NCBI GenBank assembly: GCA_002495675.1
Contig: DAGH01000025.1
Location: 14,258 to 78,257 of the forward strand
DNA from: Euryarchaeota archaeon UBA182
GTDB taxonomy: Archaea > Thermoplasmatota > Poseidoniia > Poseidoniales > Thalassarchaeaceae
Length of the DNA: 64,000 nt
Direction: 5' to 3'
Part shown: positions 50,801 through 58,385 of the stretch, piece by piece
Numbering within the stretch: position 1 is the first letter of the stretch
Layout of the letters: each line of letters opens with the position of its first letter
Notes under the pieces: generated by a model
What the model saw: the letters and a program-made list of their open reading frames with translations, nothing else
Told to the model about the DNA's origin: nothing
Databases searched by the model: none
Position numbers and translations under genes: made by a program

Positions 50801-53800
50801 GCCGATCGTTGGGTGGTCCCTGAGTTGGAAACTCTCATCGAGCGGGAGCGAGTATCGATCACGGATCTCAGACATTATCTCCGCCTGTTTAATCGAGTCA
50901 ATTCCGAGTTCGCCCTCCATGTCCGCGTCGAACTCGATGAATTCCTCTGGGTAGCCAGTCGATTCAGAGACTATCTCAAGCACCCCCCTACTGACGTCAT
51001 CAGTGGAAATTAATGGGGGTGAGGGAGTTGGCCTAGTCGGTTTCTCAGGGCTAATTGCCCCATTCTTTTCCACTGGAATTGATCCTGTTGAGTCGTTGGG
51101 GAGGGTTTGAGCGTGATCCTTCAAAGGGGCAGTTGACTTCATCCTCGGCGGATCATACAACTCTCCGACGACCCCCCCGACCAGATCATCGTCAGCATCG
51201 ACGTAGGCAACGAGCTTCCGGTGCAATACCCTCAGGCTAACATCTTTACCCCTGCTGGCCCTCAAAGCCCATTGAGTTATCCTGTCGGGGTCGAATCTCT
51301 CTGTGTCTGATACCGCGATCTTCCTCAGGAATGTCAGGGCAATCTGGCTACCGAAACCTGCACCGTGCCTGAGGGCGAGATCGATATCCTTCGGCCCTCC
51401 CTTCGATATATTGAGGGTGCCGAGGTCTTCGTCTTCAACCTCGTAGTTCGCGACCGGCGGGAAGATTCCCGCAGCAAGGCTCCTGATTACCACAGCGTCC
51501 TCCAATCCCACGCCCATTGGATGGCCAGTGTACCCCTTCGCGTTCGTAATGAGGATCTCCTGGGCCTTGTTCCCGAAGACGTGGCGGAGAGCGCTGACTT
51601 CTGCTGATGCAGAACCGCCCCGAGGCGGGGTATAGGGCTCATGTGACATGAATGTCATTCTATCGGCCATCTCACTTCTGCCGATCTTCCATTTGCGTTC
51701 CATGCGACCAACGAATGACTCCATGACCGAGGCTGCATGGTCCGTGTCGAGCCTCGTTGGGTGGAATGCGCTGTTGGCGATCTCCGCGCCGAGGACCTCG
51801 ACATATGGGGTGACTCCCCGCTCTCTGGCGTCTCCCTGCCTCTCGAGTACGAAGCCCGCGCCCCCCATTCCTAGAAGCATCCCGTGTCTACGTGCATCGA
51901 AAGGCAGGGCGACCTGCGTGACATCGTCGCCCATCGCATGGGCTCCTGCCCCAGAGAAACCAGCACCTACCCAGGGCATCAGGGTGTCGGATGTCGAGTC
52001 GTCACCACTGACGATAATTACTCTATCACATCTTCCTCTTGCCATCCAGTCCTCTGCTATTGCAAATGCGGCCGGGGTAGAGGCGCAGGCGTTGTTGATC
52101 GCGAGATTTGGCCCTCTGGCCCCTATCCATGAAGCAAATTGACTATGCCCCATTGATAGGACCTGGAGCAGGTACTTCCTGTCGAATTGATCATATTCTG
52201 GCGATTTCCTGCGTAGTACGTGTTCTATCGCCTTCTCCAACCCTGGGAATACGGAGGCGAAGATCACGCCTGTTCTGTCCTTTTCATGCTCGGGAAGGTT
52301 CCACCCCCGGATGACACGCAGGCCACTGCTGTTGGACTGTTCTACTGGCAATAATGGTAATCCTGCGTCCTTGAGGGCCTCCAAGCCAGAGGCAAATGCC
52401 AATGAGGTCGCAATGTCGAAAGCCTCGACCAGTTTCTTGTCGATCCCATATTGCTCCGTAAGGTCAAACCTTCCACCGATTCCTGCCAATTGTGGAACTT
52501 TCTCGAAAGCATCAGCAGGCACCAGCCTGGATGTTCCATCCTCACTCTTAACCAATCGAACGATTTTTTGGTCTACGAGTTTCTGTTTCATATCATTGGA
52601 AATCTCAGAGATGAGGTTCCTGCCCTCCAAGATGGCCTCCCAAACACCGTCATCGAAAACTTCGTCCATGCCAGGAACCCCGAGTGAAATCCCGCTTACG
52701 ACAGGAGGCTCTGGGTTCGCATCGGGGGTATTGGAGCGATTTTCAGGTTCGATTGAGATTGCCTGTACTATGTCTGCGACAGTAGAGAATGAGCCGGGGC
52801 CTGATATGGAAACTAGGTCTGGATGGCCTACCTCATCGAGAACGTACCGTATTCTTGATTCGTCGACTCCTATCTCGTCAAGGCTGACGTTTCCAGTCAA
52901 GACGGAGCTTGGATAACCTGTTATTTTGGCCAATATGTCTGAGACAATCCTCTCTGATTGGATCGACTCGGGCATGGGGCGAACAAGGCGAGTATTTCCA
53001 TGGGGGCTCGCAGGGGAGGGGTTCGACGGCAATGGTCTTGATCTCGTTCTGAGTGCCTCGAGATTCTCAGAAACAGAGGCGAGATCGGTGTCGTTTGGGG
53101 GTTCCATAAACTCAGGTGAGAGCAGCCCTTTGCCCCATTCATCGATAATCGGCATCTTCCCATTGATCGCCAGAAACGCGATTGAATCGAGGAAAGTGGC
53201 AATGCCGCCGACTTTGGGGTGATTTGTTGATGATGTCTTCGCGTCGCCCCCAAGAATGGCAGCAACGGTTGAAGACAGAGCTCGTTTAGGGCCCACTTCG
53301 AGGAAGATACGGGCTCCTGCACCATACATCGTCTCGACTTGATCGATCCAGTTGACGGGCGATGACATCTGTGGAGCCAACTTTTCCAGTATCGATTCCC
53401 TCGGGTTGTCAGAATGCATGGGATAGAATGAGCCATCGACGTTCGCAGTGACCGGGATTGTCGGTAGGGAGATGTCGATTGATTCTAGGAATCGACGAAG
53501 AGGGGCATTGGCCGGCGAAACAATGTCTGTGTGGAATGCATGGCTCGTCTGAAGTGGGATCACAGTGGCTCCCAGATCCGATAAAATGTGAATCGCGGAT
53601 TGTACTGCATCGGTCTCGCCGGCAATGACCGTCGAGACAGGACTGTTCCTGTTCGCCGCGATGACATAACCATCTACCGACCGAAGCGCCTCCTCGACCT
53701 TACTGGCTGGGGCTCCAACCGCGGCCATGAGGCCCTTGTCAGGTACCTCCACGGAGCCCATCTCAGTTCCACGGGCTGCCGCAGCGCTCATTGCATCTCT

Positions 53801-56002
53801 GAAACTGAGGATGCCCGAGACCATCAGTGCTGCGTATTCGCCAAGGCTGTGTCCTGCGACCATATCAGGGAAGATTTCATGATCAGCCAAGAGACGGTCA
53901 ATGGCTAGGTCCGCAGTTAGCATGGCCGGTTGTGTGAACTCTGTTTGGGTTAGCCTGGATTGAGCCTCTTCCATATCTGCTCCAATGAGATTGTTGTTCA
54001 GTACAATTCCAGACAAAGGCTCTCCAATGATCGGAGTCATGATGCCGTCGGCCTCCCTCCAGGTGGATGCCACAACATGGTACCTCTGTGCCAGATCAAG
54101 AGTCATGCCGAGGTATTGGCTGCCTTGGCCGGGGTACATGTGTGCTAATTTGGCGTTGGGGTCCAGAGGTGCATCTTCGATGTGTATCTGTTGACTTTTT
54201 AGGAATGAGTGCCTCCCCGAATCGGTAATTCCTTCCATAGCCAAGGCTATTCTCTTCTCTAATTGGGGCCAACTGGTCGCAACTATGGAGAGCCTGATAC
54301 CCTCGGGTTTGAAACCCAAGGAGGACAGGGGGAGGGCCCTTGAGAGTCTCTTTCCAGTGGGGTGGTCATCGAAGGTCGGGGTTCCGTCGAACAGTTCTTC
54401 GGAGATTTCACCTAGTCTCTCGAGGAGCGCTTCCTCGGAGTTCCCGTTGACGAGTAATACTCCGCCTTCTAATGCCTTGAGGTGCGCCCAACTGAGTGAT
54501 GTCGGTCGATGGGCATCGCCTCCCTCTCTATGGTGGTGTCTTCTCGACCTCCACTTTGCTGAGAGTTTCGAGTGTTTTTCGGGATGGTATTGCTCGAGGG
54601 CGACGTGGAAATTCGTACCCCCGAATCCAAACGCGCTCACCCCTGCTCTGCGTGGATTGTCAGTTGGCTGGGGCCAATCCCCTGCCACAGTGGGGACATA
54701 GAATGGTACCTCCGACCATGGGACGGTTTCATTCGGCTGTTCAAATCCTGCCGAGGGCGGTATCGTTCGATGATGAAGGGACAACGCTACTTTGAGTATG
54801 CCCGCCAAACCTGCAGCAGCCTTCAGGTGCCCAATCTGTGACTTAATTGACCCCACGGCAACGGTCCCTGGCATGTTGGACTGGCCATACACGGAGGATA
54901 GTGACGCCAACTCGGTGGCATCACCGACGGATGTGCTGGTTCCATGGGCCTCTATCAGTTCCACGCTGGATACAGGATACCCTGCTTGACTGTATGCATT
55001 TGAGATTGCTAGGACCTGTCCGCCTTGACTTGGTGCGGTAATCCCCTTTCCACGGCCATCGCTGCTGGCGCCTATCCCTCTGATCACGGAGTATACCTTG
55101 TCGCCTGCCTTGATAGCATCATTCAGTCTCTTCAAGACCAACGCACCTGCGCCCTCCCCCATAACGAAGCCATCGGCTCTCCGGTCAAATGGCACCGACC
55201 TTGTCGCTGATAATGCCCCAATCGCGCTGAATTTCGCAAAAGTAGCAGGGTCCATTGTTCGATCTGCGGCTCCTGCCACCATGACGTCTACTTGGCCACT
55301 GTGTAGCAGGTGACAGGCATCCATGACGGCTGCCATCGCCGAGGCGCAGGCGGCGTCAGTGGTGAAATTAGGGCCCCTTAGGTCTAGCATGTTCGCTACC
55401 CTCCCAGCCACAACGTTGGCTAGCTCGCCGGGCATGGTGTCCTCGTCTACCCTTGGTGCCCCATCAAGCAATGAAGTCTTGAACCTAGAAAAGGCGTCAT
55501 CTGATATTCCGGCTTCCTTTGCGTGCCTTTGGTACCTGTCGATCAGCACCCTCTCTGTTGACCGTGTTCGGTTCTCGCCCCCCAGCGCATTTGCGAAGAC
55601 GACTCCAGTCTTCTCTCTAGGTAAATTCGAAGTAGCGCCATCACCGAGGTATCCAGCATCCTCCAACGCAGCGGCGGACACACTCACGGCCCATTGTTGA
55701 CAAAGGTCGATCTGCGGCAGGGATCCAGGGGGTATCCTCCATCTCTTCCAGTCAAACTCGTATTCGTCAACCCAAGCTCCAATCTTGCTGTAGGTCTTGC
55801 CCTCGGAGATGTTCTTTGGTCCACCTGCCTCCCAGTGATCTCCTGACCTCCAACGATCTTTTGGGAGATTTCGTATTGATACTTCGCCCGAGATCACATT
55901 CTTCCAGAAGGTAGAGACGTCTGGCGCGTCTGGCAGGATTGCTCCGAGCCCGACAATCGCAATCGGCTCGAAAGTTCCAATTTCATCTTTGGAATTGGCC
56001 AT
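47876..56002 (-). CDS. Iterative type I polyketide/fatty acid synthase (PfaA-related): KS-AT-ACP*-KS-ACP-ACP-KR-DH
   Basis: KS1: EPIAIVG, DAACAS, EAHGTST, KSQIGH, SAFGFGGTNFH. AT: PGQGSQY, GHSLGE, SHAFH. KS2: NNACAS, SHEPYT, KGYTGH, GFGSQ. Two ACPs with LGIDSIK. KR: SGGASGVT, HGAG, YCAAN. DH: YLMDHSISGVPYLPG, FHGPRFQ. Confidence 0.94.
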   Translation of the reverse strand: MANSKDEIGTFEPIAIVGLGAILPDAPDVSTFWKNVISGEVSIRNLPKDRWRSGDHWEAGGPKNISEGKTYSKIGAWVDEYEFDWKRWRIPPGSLPQIDLCQQWAVSVSAAALEDAGYLGDGATSNLPREKTGVVFANALGGENRTRSTERVLIDRYQRHAKEAGISDDAFSRFKTSLLDGAPRVDEDTMPGELANVVAGRVANMLDLRGPNFTTDAACASAMAAVMDACHLLHSGQVDVMVAGAADRTMDPATFAKFSAIGALSATRSVPFDRRADGFVMGEGAGALVLKRLNDAIKAGDKVYSVIRGIGASSDGRGKGITAPSQGGQVLAISNAYSQAGYPVSSVELIEAHGTSTSVGDATELASLSSVYGQSNMPGTVAVGSIKSQIGHLKAAAGLAGILKVALSLHHRTIPPSAGFEQPNETVPWSEVPFYVPTVAGDWPQPTDNPRRAGVSAFGFGGTNFHVALEQYHPEKHSKLSAKWRSRRHHHREGGDAHRPTSLSWAHLKALEGGVLLVNGNSEEALLERLGEISEELFDGTPTFDDHPTGKRLSRALPLSSLGFKPEGIRLSIVATSWPQLEKRIALAMEGITDSGRHSFLKSQQIHIEDAPLDPNAKLAHMYPGQGSQYLGMTLDLAQRYHVVASTWREADGIMTPIIGEPLSGIVLNNNLIGADMEEAQSRLTQTEFTQPAMLTADLAIDRLLADHEIFPDMVAGHSLGEYAALMVSGILSFRDAMSAAAARGTEMGSVEVPDKGLMAAVGAPASKVEEALRSVDGYVIAANRNSPVSTVIAGETDAVQSAIHILSDLGATVIPLQTSHAFHTDIVSPANAPLRRFLESIDISLPTIPVTANVDGSFYPMHSDNPRESILEKLAPQMSSPVNWIDQVETMYGAGARIFLEVGPKRALSSTVAAILGGDAKTSSTNHPKVGGIATFLDSIAFLAINGKMPIIDEWGKGLLSPEFMEPPNDTDLASVSENLEALRTRSRPLPSNPSPASPHGNTRLVRPMPESIQSERIVSDILAKITGYPSSVLTGNVSLDEIGVDESRIRYVLDEVGHPDLVSISGPGSFSTVADIVQAISIEPENRSNTPDANPEPPVVSGISLGVPGMDEVFDDGVWEAILEGRNLISEISNDMKQKLVDQKIVRLVKSEDGTSRLVPADAFEKVPQLAGIGGRFDLTEQYGIDKKLVEAFDIATSLAFASGLEALKDAGLPLLPVEQSNSSGLRVIRGWNLPEHEKDRTGVIFASVFPGLEKAIEHVLRRKSPEYDQFDRKYLLQVLSMGHSQFASWIGARGPNLAINNACASTPAAFAIAEDWMARGRCDRVIIVSGDDSTSDTLMPWVGAGFSGAGAHAMGDDVTQVALPFDARRHGMLLGMGGAGFVLERQGDARERGVTPYVEVLGAEIANSAFHPTRLDTDHAASVMESFVGRMERKWKIGRSEMADRMTFMSHEPYTPPRGGSASAEVSALRHVFGNKAQEILITNAKGYTGHPMGVGLEDAVVIRSLAAGIFPPVANYEVEDEDLGTLNISKGGPKDIDLALRHGAGFGSQIALTFLRKIAVSDTERFDPDRITQWALRASRGKDVSLRVLHRKLVAYVDADDDLVGGVVGELYDPPRMKSTAPLKDHAQTLPNDSTGSIPVEKNGAISPEKPTRPTPSPPLISTDDVSRGVLEIVSESTGYPEEFIEFDADMEGELGIDSIKQAEIMSEIRDRYSLPLDESFQLRDHPTIGHVIRYIGSFTDSNESRRPLEEFDQSAGESEGKKMEMQPQVEYGAPNDEILSSILPIVAQHTGYPVEFLETDADMEGELGIDSIKQAEIMSDIRAQFNLELDEDFQIRDYPTLGHVANYVAGSTDSPPKSGESREPQEEENPPAPIFRHVVVTEAMGDIEIHQLPRLVLVTRDPLGLSDSLVARITRMGGEARIIEEDSLSDEEIRDACIVQMSSLGAEGSLYTDPSPNHWTIETYNLLKKVDSLPRGAVRRIATVTSMDGSHGIEGGDYNSSVAGIHGAVMSFGCERPELDVLAIDIHPGLMDDEDTLITSIMKEISRKDGPIEVGIGDGGARHRLTLKRAEAQEMAGEFPGDEIWLVSGGASGVTSECMVDIAGRSPSGPPTFILLGRTTLDPKLEKMSAMSDQDLENEKLKLKLAMESGRDDGKVTLREWNDAWQKVLRGVDIHKNLARLNSKGATAEYFQVDVTSSERVRAVVDEVISKHGRITGVIHGAGIEDSTPFESKSEATVNQVLDVKVSGWREIYNSLKEANQDLRFACSFTSVSGRLGNATQLGYCAANRILDAEHSRINKGGLTSISIAWAPWSGAGMATRGSLETVFQMAEVDMIPLETGARMFTDEVLTQGGESVLISGNLGILDQNKSVRMAGVVLPPGFSSEYGTASRHPMIDVITYCEHGKGAVSAVRLDLESHSYLMDHSISGVPYLPGVMALEMMAETVQSCITSGNRISSFEDVEFGLPVKLTKSHKEIRCIVEAIEGDWAEAYSCRIVSEAPGGMAEPIVHHTAIIALASKNPQEKIDDLITTDEDGSRILGAVDIYGLMFHGPRFQPLKGVVATIETTSGTGIEARVNSIQDLPDPRLFNIRGKGIIPDLTSYPMLIESCFQAAGLTSMDLDSAESLPVGAKRILIAGEIPEGSLTVTSVRKGSDPNGTFVHESVIRLDGSPIMRIDGLKMKKLRDLSDDQRPGLAEYSGELT
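50529..50930 (-). repeat. Tandem ACP duplication; 63-bp cores at 50529-50591 and 50868-50930
   Basis: By eye 59/63 identical nt, encoding DADMEGELGIDSIKQAEIMS; offset 339 nt. Confidence 0.9.
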
Positions 56003-56009
56003 CTGAGTT

Positions 56010-56813
56010 TCACCTGTTCACATCTTCCGGTACCATGGTGGAACTGTATCCCCCGTCCACATGGATTACCTGGGCGGTGACTCCCGACGATAATGGACTG
56101 GCCAGCCATGTCGCTGCTCCTGCGACATCCATTTGGTCGACGTTCCTCCTGAGGGGGGAGTTCCTCTCGACGTGGTCCAAAATTCCCTCGAAGCCTGGGA
56201 TCCCAGATGCAGCCAAGGTTTTGATGGGGCCAGCACTGATGGCATTCACTCTATGTCCATCTGGCCCCAGTCTTGCAGCAATCTCGCGAACCCACGCCTC
56301 TAGGGCAGCCTTTGCTATGCTCATGAGGCCATAACTGGGGACGTGTCTCGTGCTCGCGGCATAGGTCAGTGTAATGGTGGAGGATTCGGGTGCCAGATGG
56401 GGAAGGCCGCTTCTGAGTATGGATTGAAGGCTATGAGCGCTGATTCTCAAAGCGGTATCAATCGGATCGCTGTCCACGAAGAGTAGGTTTCTGTCGAAGG
56501 CCTCCCTAGGAGCGAAGCCAATGGCATGGATCACGATGTTGGCCTTCTGACCCGGGGACTCCGCCTGCCATGATTTGTAGAAATTTGATATTGAGTCTGG
56601 CTTGTTTACATCGATAGGGTGTATCTGAGTGTTCTTTGGCAGAGTTGGGAGAAGCTGTTGAATCCTGCTTCTGAACCTAGGTTGGAACCCCAGCACAAGG
56701 TTGCAGCCTGCGGACGATAGGCTCTTGCAGATAGCATAGGCGATGCTCTCCTCAGAGGCCACACCAAACACCAGTGCTGTTTTACCATCGAGTTTCAGGA
56801 TGGTATCGCCCAT
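56010..56813 (-). CDS. fabI: Enoyl-ACP reductase FabI (SDR)
   Basis: GVASEESIAY, HAIGFAP, ISAHSL, TLTY, YGLMSIAK (Tyr-x6-Lys), VNAISAGPIKTLAA, HVDGG. Confidence 0.92.
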   Translation of the reverse strand: MGDTILKLDGKTALVFGVASEESIAYAICKSLSSAGCNLVLGFQPRFRSRIQQLLPTLPKNTQIHPIDVNKPDSISNFYKSWQAESPGQKANIVIHAIGFAPREAFDRNLLFVDSDPIDTALRISAHSLQSILRSGLPHLAPESSTITLTYAASTRHVPSYGLMSIAKAALEAWVREIAARLGPDGHRVNAISAGPIKTLAASGIPGFEGILDHVERNSPLRRNVDQMDVAGAATWLASPLSSGVTAQVIHVDGGYSSTMVPEDVNR

Positions 56814-56890
56814 GGTAACTACCGTGATGATCTCCGGAGGCGGTGGTTCTTGACCGTTGGGCCTCGGTAGCGACGTTGAGATCAGATCAA

Positions 56891-58378
56891 TCAGGTAATT
56901 CTGATCGTCACAATGGCTATTGATGTTGATTTTTTGTCATCAGTGACTCTTAGTGTGAAGGAATGTGTCCCTTGTCTGAGCTTTACCCTGATAGACGATG
57001 ATGAGCCAATCACACGTTGCTTCTCGTCAATCCATTCCCAGGTCGTGATTTCGCCATCCGGATCGTAGGACCTTGACCCATCCAGCGATACAACCAGAGT
57101 GCCATCAGAGTCTGATTTCAGGGTCTTGTCTTCACCGGCGTCTGCAACAGGGGGGAGGTTGATTTTCTTCGCCGTGGATGACAGCTCCTCCAAAAGGTCA
57201 ACATCCTCCTCCTCGATAGCGCCGGGGGGGACCTCAATTGCCATTTGGCTCAGTAGTTCAGAAGTTTCCTCAGGGGTGTGCTCGAATCTAGAATCAGGCT
57301 CAGGCTCGTAAATGAAATTCTCCCTCTCATCGACTTCATAGTCTTCCGCAGGATCTTCAATTAAAGGCCCGTGAGGGTCCAATGCAAATATCGAGATGTG
57401 ATTATTTGAGGGGTTCTCGCACACCACGGCAATTCGACTATCGTCTAACCTAGAAATGGTTGAGGGCATGCCATCAAACTCAGCCTTCCACATGACCTCC
57501 CCCTGTCGGATCCCATAGACATGAAACCATGATCCTACCAGAGTAATATCATCCGATGTGTAAATCAGATTTATTTTCTGGTGATCGACCTCTATTTTCC
57601 TCAGACCGCCACCATCCTCGAGAAATGTAATCACCCCCATCTCGTCCCCGATGACAACCCCTCTTTCGTGGGCGGTTATGGAGGCAACTGGGTTGTCAAC
57701 CTCGTGTGTGTATATGTGCCCACGATCGCTACTCCAACACTCTATCCTATTCTCTGGCCTATCATCACTCATCTCGTCCAGAGACCTTCGATACGTGACC
57801 AATACTCCAGATGGCATGAATACGGATGGACCAGCAATTTCTGCTAGACCTTCGTCAGGCACGGATGAGTGGATGAGAGAACCATCCTTGATAATGTAGA
57901 GTCCTCCAAAAACGCCCATTGCTGCTAATTCATGACCATGATGGCATACATCTGAAATCTCCTCAATGCCCTCGATACGCTTGTATTTTCCTGATTTGTC
58001 AAACCACGTGACGGATCCCGCCTCATCCAGAGCCCAAGCACAGCCCCTACCGCTCAATATCTTCGAGATCGGGCTTCCGAGGTTCAAGACCTCCTCGAGG
58101 CCAGACTCGGATACGTGATTGATTCGACCATTCTGATCTCCGGTGAGAAACCCGATTCCGTCGTGGGTGAAGCAGCTAACCTCCCGATCCATGCTAATCT
58201 CCATAGTGACTTCGTCGCCGACTTGCAAGGTGCAAATTTCTCGGCCCTTGTCCAAAAAAGCAATTCCCGATAGAATCGCGTCAATGCACGTTATCGATTC
58301 CGAGGGGCCAAGAAGTCTCTCAATGGCATCGAGAGTCCTCACCACGGTCACGCCCAGAAGTAGGTGATTGATAATCAT
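56891..58378 (-). CDS. Hypothetical protein: beta-propeller-like N-terminus, acidic linker, C-terminal PKD domain
   Basis: PPVADAGED...LDGSRSYDPDG...WEW...GTHSFTLRVTDD PKD signature. Start uncertain (58378 or GTG 58351). Confidence 0.7.
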   Translation of the reverse strand: MIINHLLLGVTVVRTLDAIERLLGPSESITCIDAILSGIAFLDKGREICTLQVGDEVTMEISMDREVSCFTHDGIGFLTGDQNGRINHVSESGLEEVLNLGSPISKILSGRGCAWALDEAGSVTWFDKSGKYKRIEGIEEISDVCHHGHELAAMGVFGGLYIIKDGSLIHSSVPDEGLAEIAGPSVFMPSGVLVTYRRSLDEMSDDRPENRIECWSSDRGHIYTHEVDNPVASITAHERGVVIGDEMGVITFLEDGGGLRKIEVDHQKINLIYTSDDITLVGSWFHVYGIRQGEVMWKAEFDGMPSTISRLDDSRIAVVCENPSNNHISIFALDPHGPLIEDPAEDYEVDERENFIYEPEPDSRFEHTPEETSELLSQMAIEVPPGAIEEEDVDLLEELSSTAKKINLPPVADAGEDKTLKSDSDGTLVVSLDGSRSYDPDGEITTWEWIDEKQRVIGSSSSIRVKLRQGTHSFTLRVTDDKKSTSIAIVTIRIT

Positions 58379-58385
58379 TCGACAG

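Noticed and set aside
47876..56002. Canonical PUFA (EPA/DHA) synthase cluster
   Set aside because: No PfaB/PfaC with FabA-like DH pairs and no PfaD; only two intact ACPs and an internal second KS. It is related to PfaA but is not a standard pfa cluster.
47265..56813. Bacterial contaminant or mobile island
   Set aside because: No mobility genes or flanking repeats seen; the PPTase overlaps etfA and the other side runs into purF-rpl37e. Chimerism cannot be fully excluded without reads.
56814..56905. C/D box sRNA (GTGATGA at 56824) upstream of fabI
   Set aside because: No properly spaced D'/C' boxes; the nearest CTGA is about 70 nt away, inside the next CDS.
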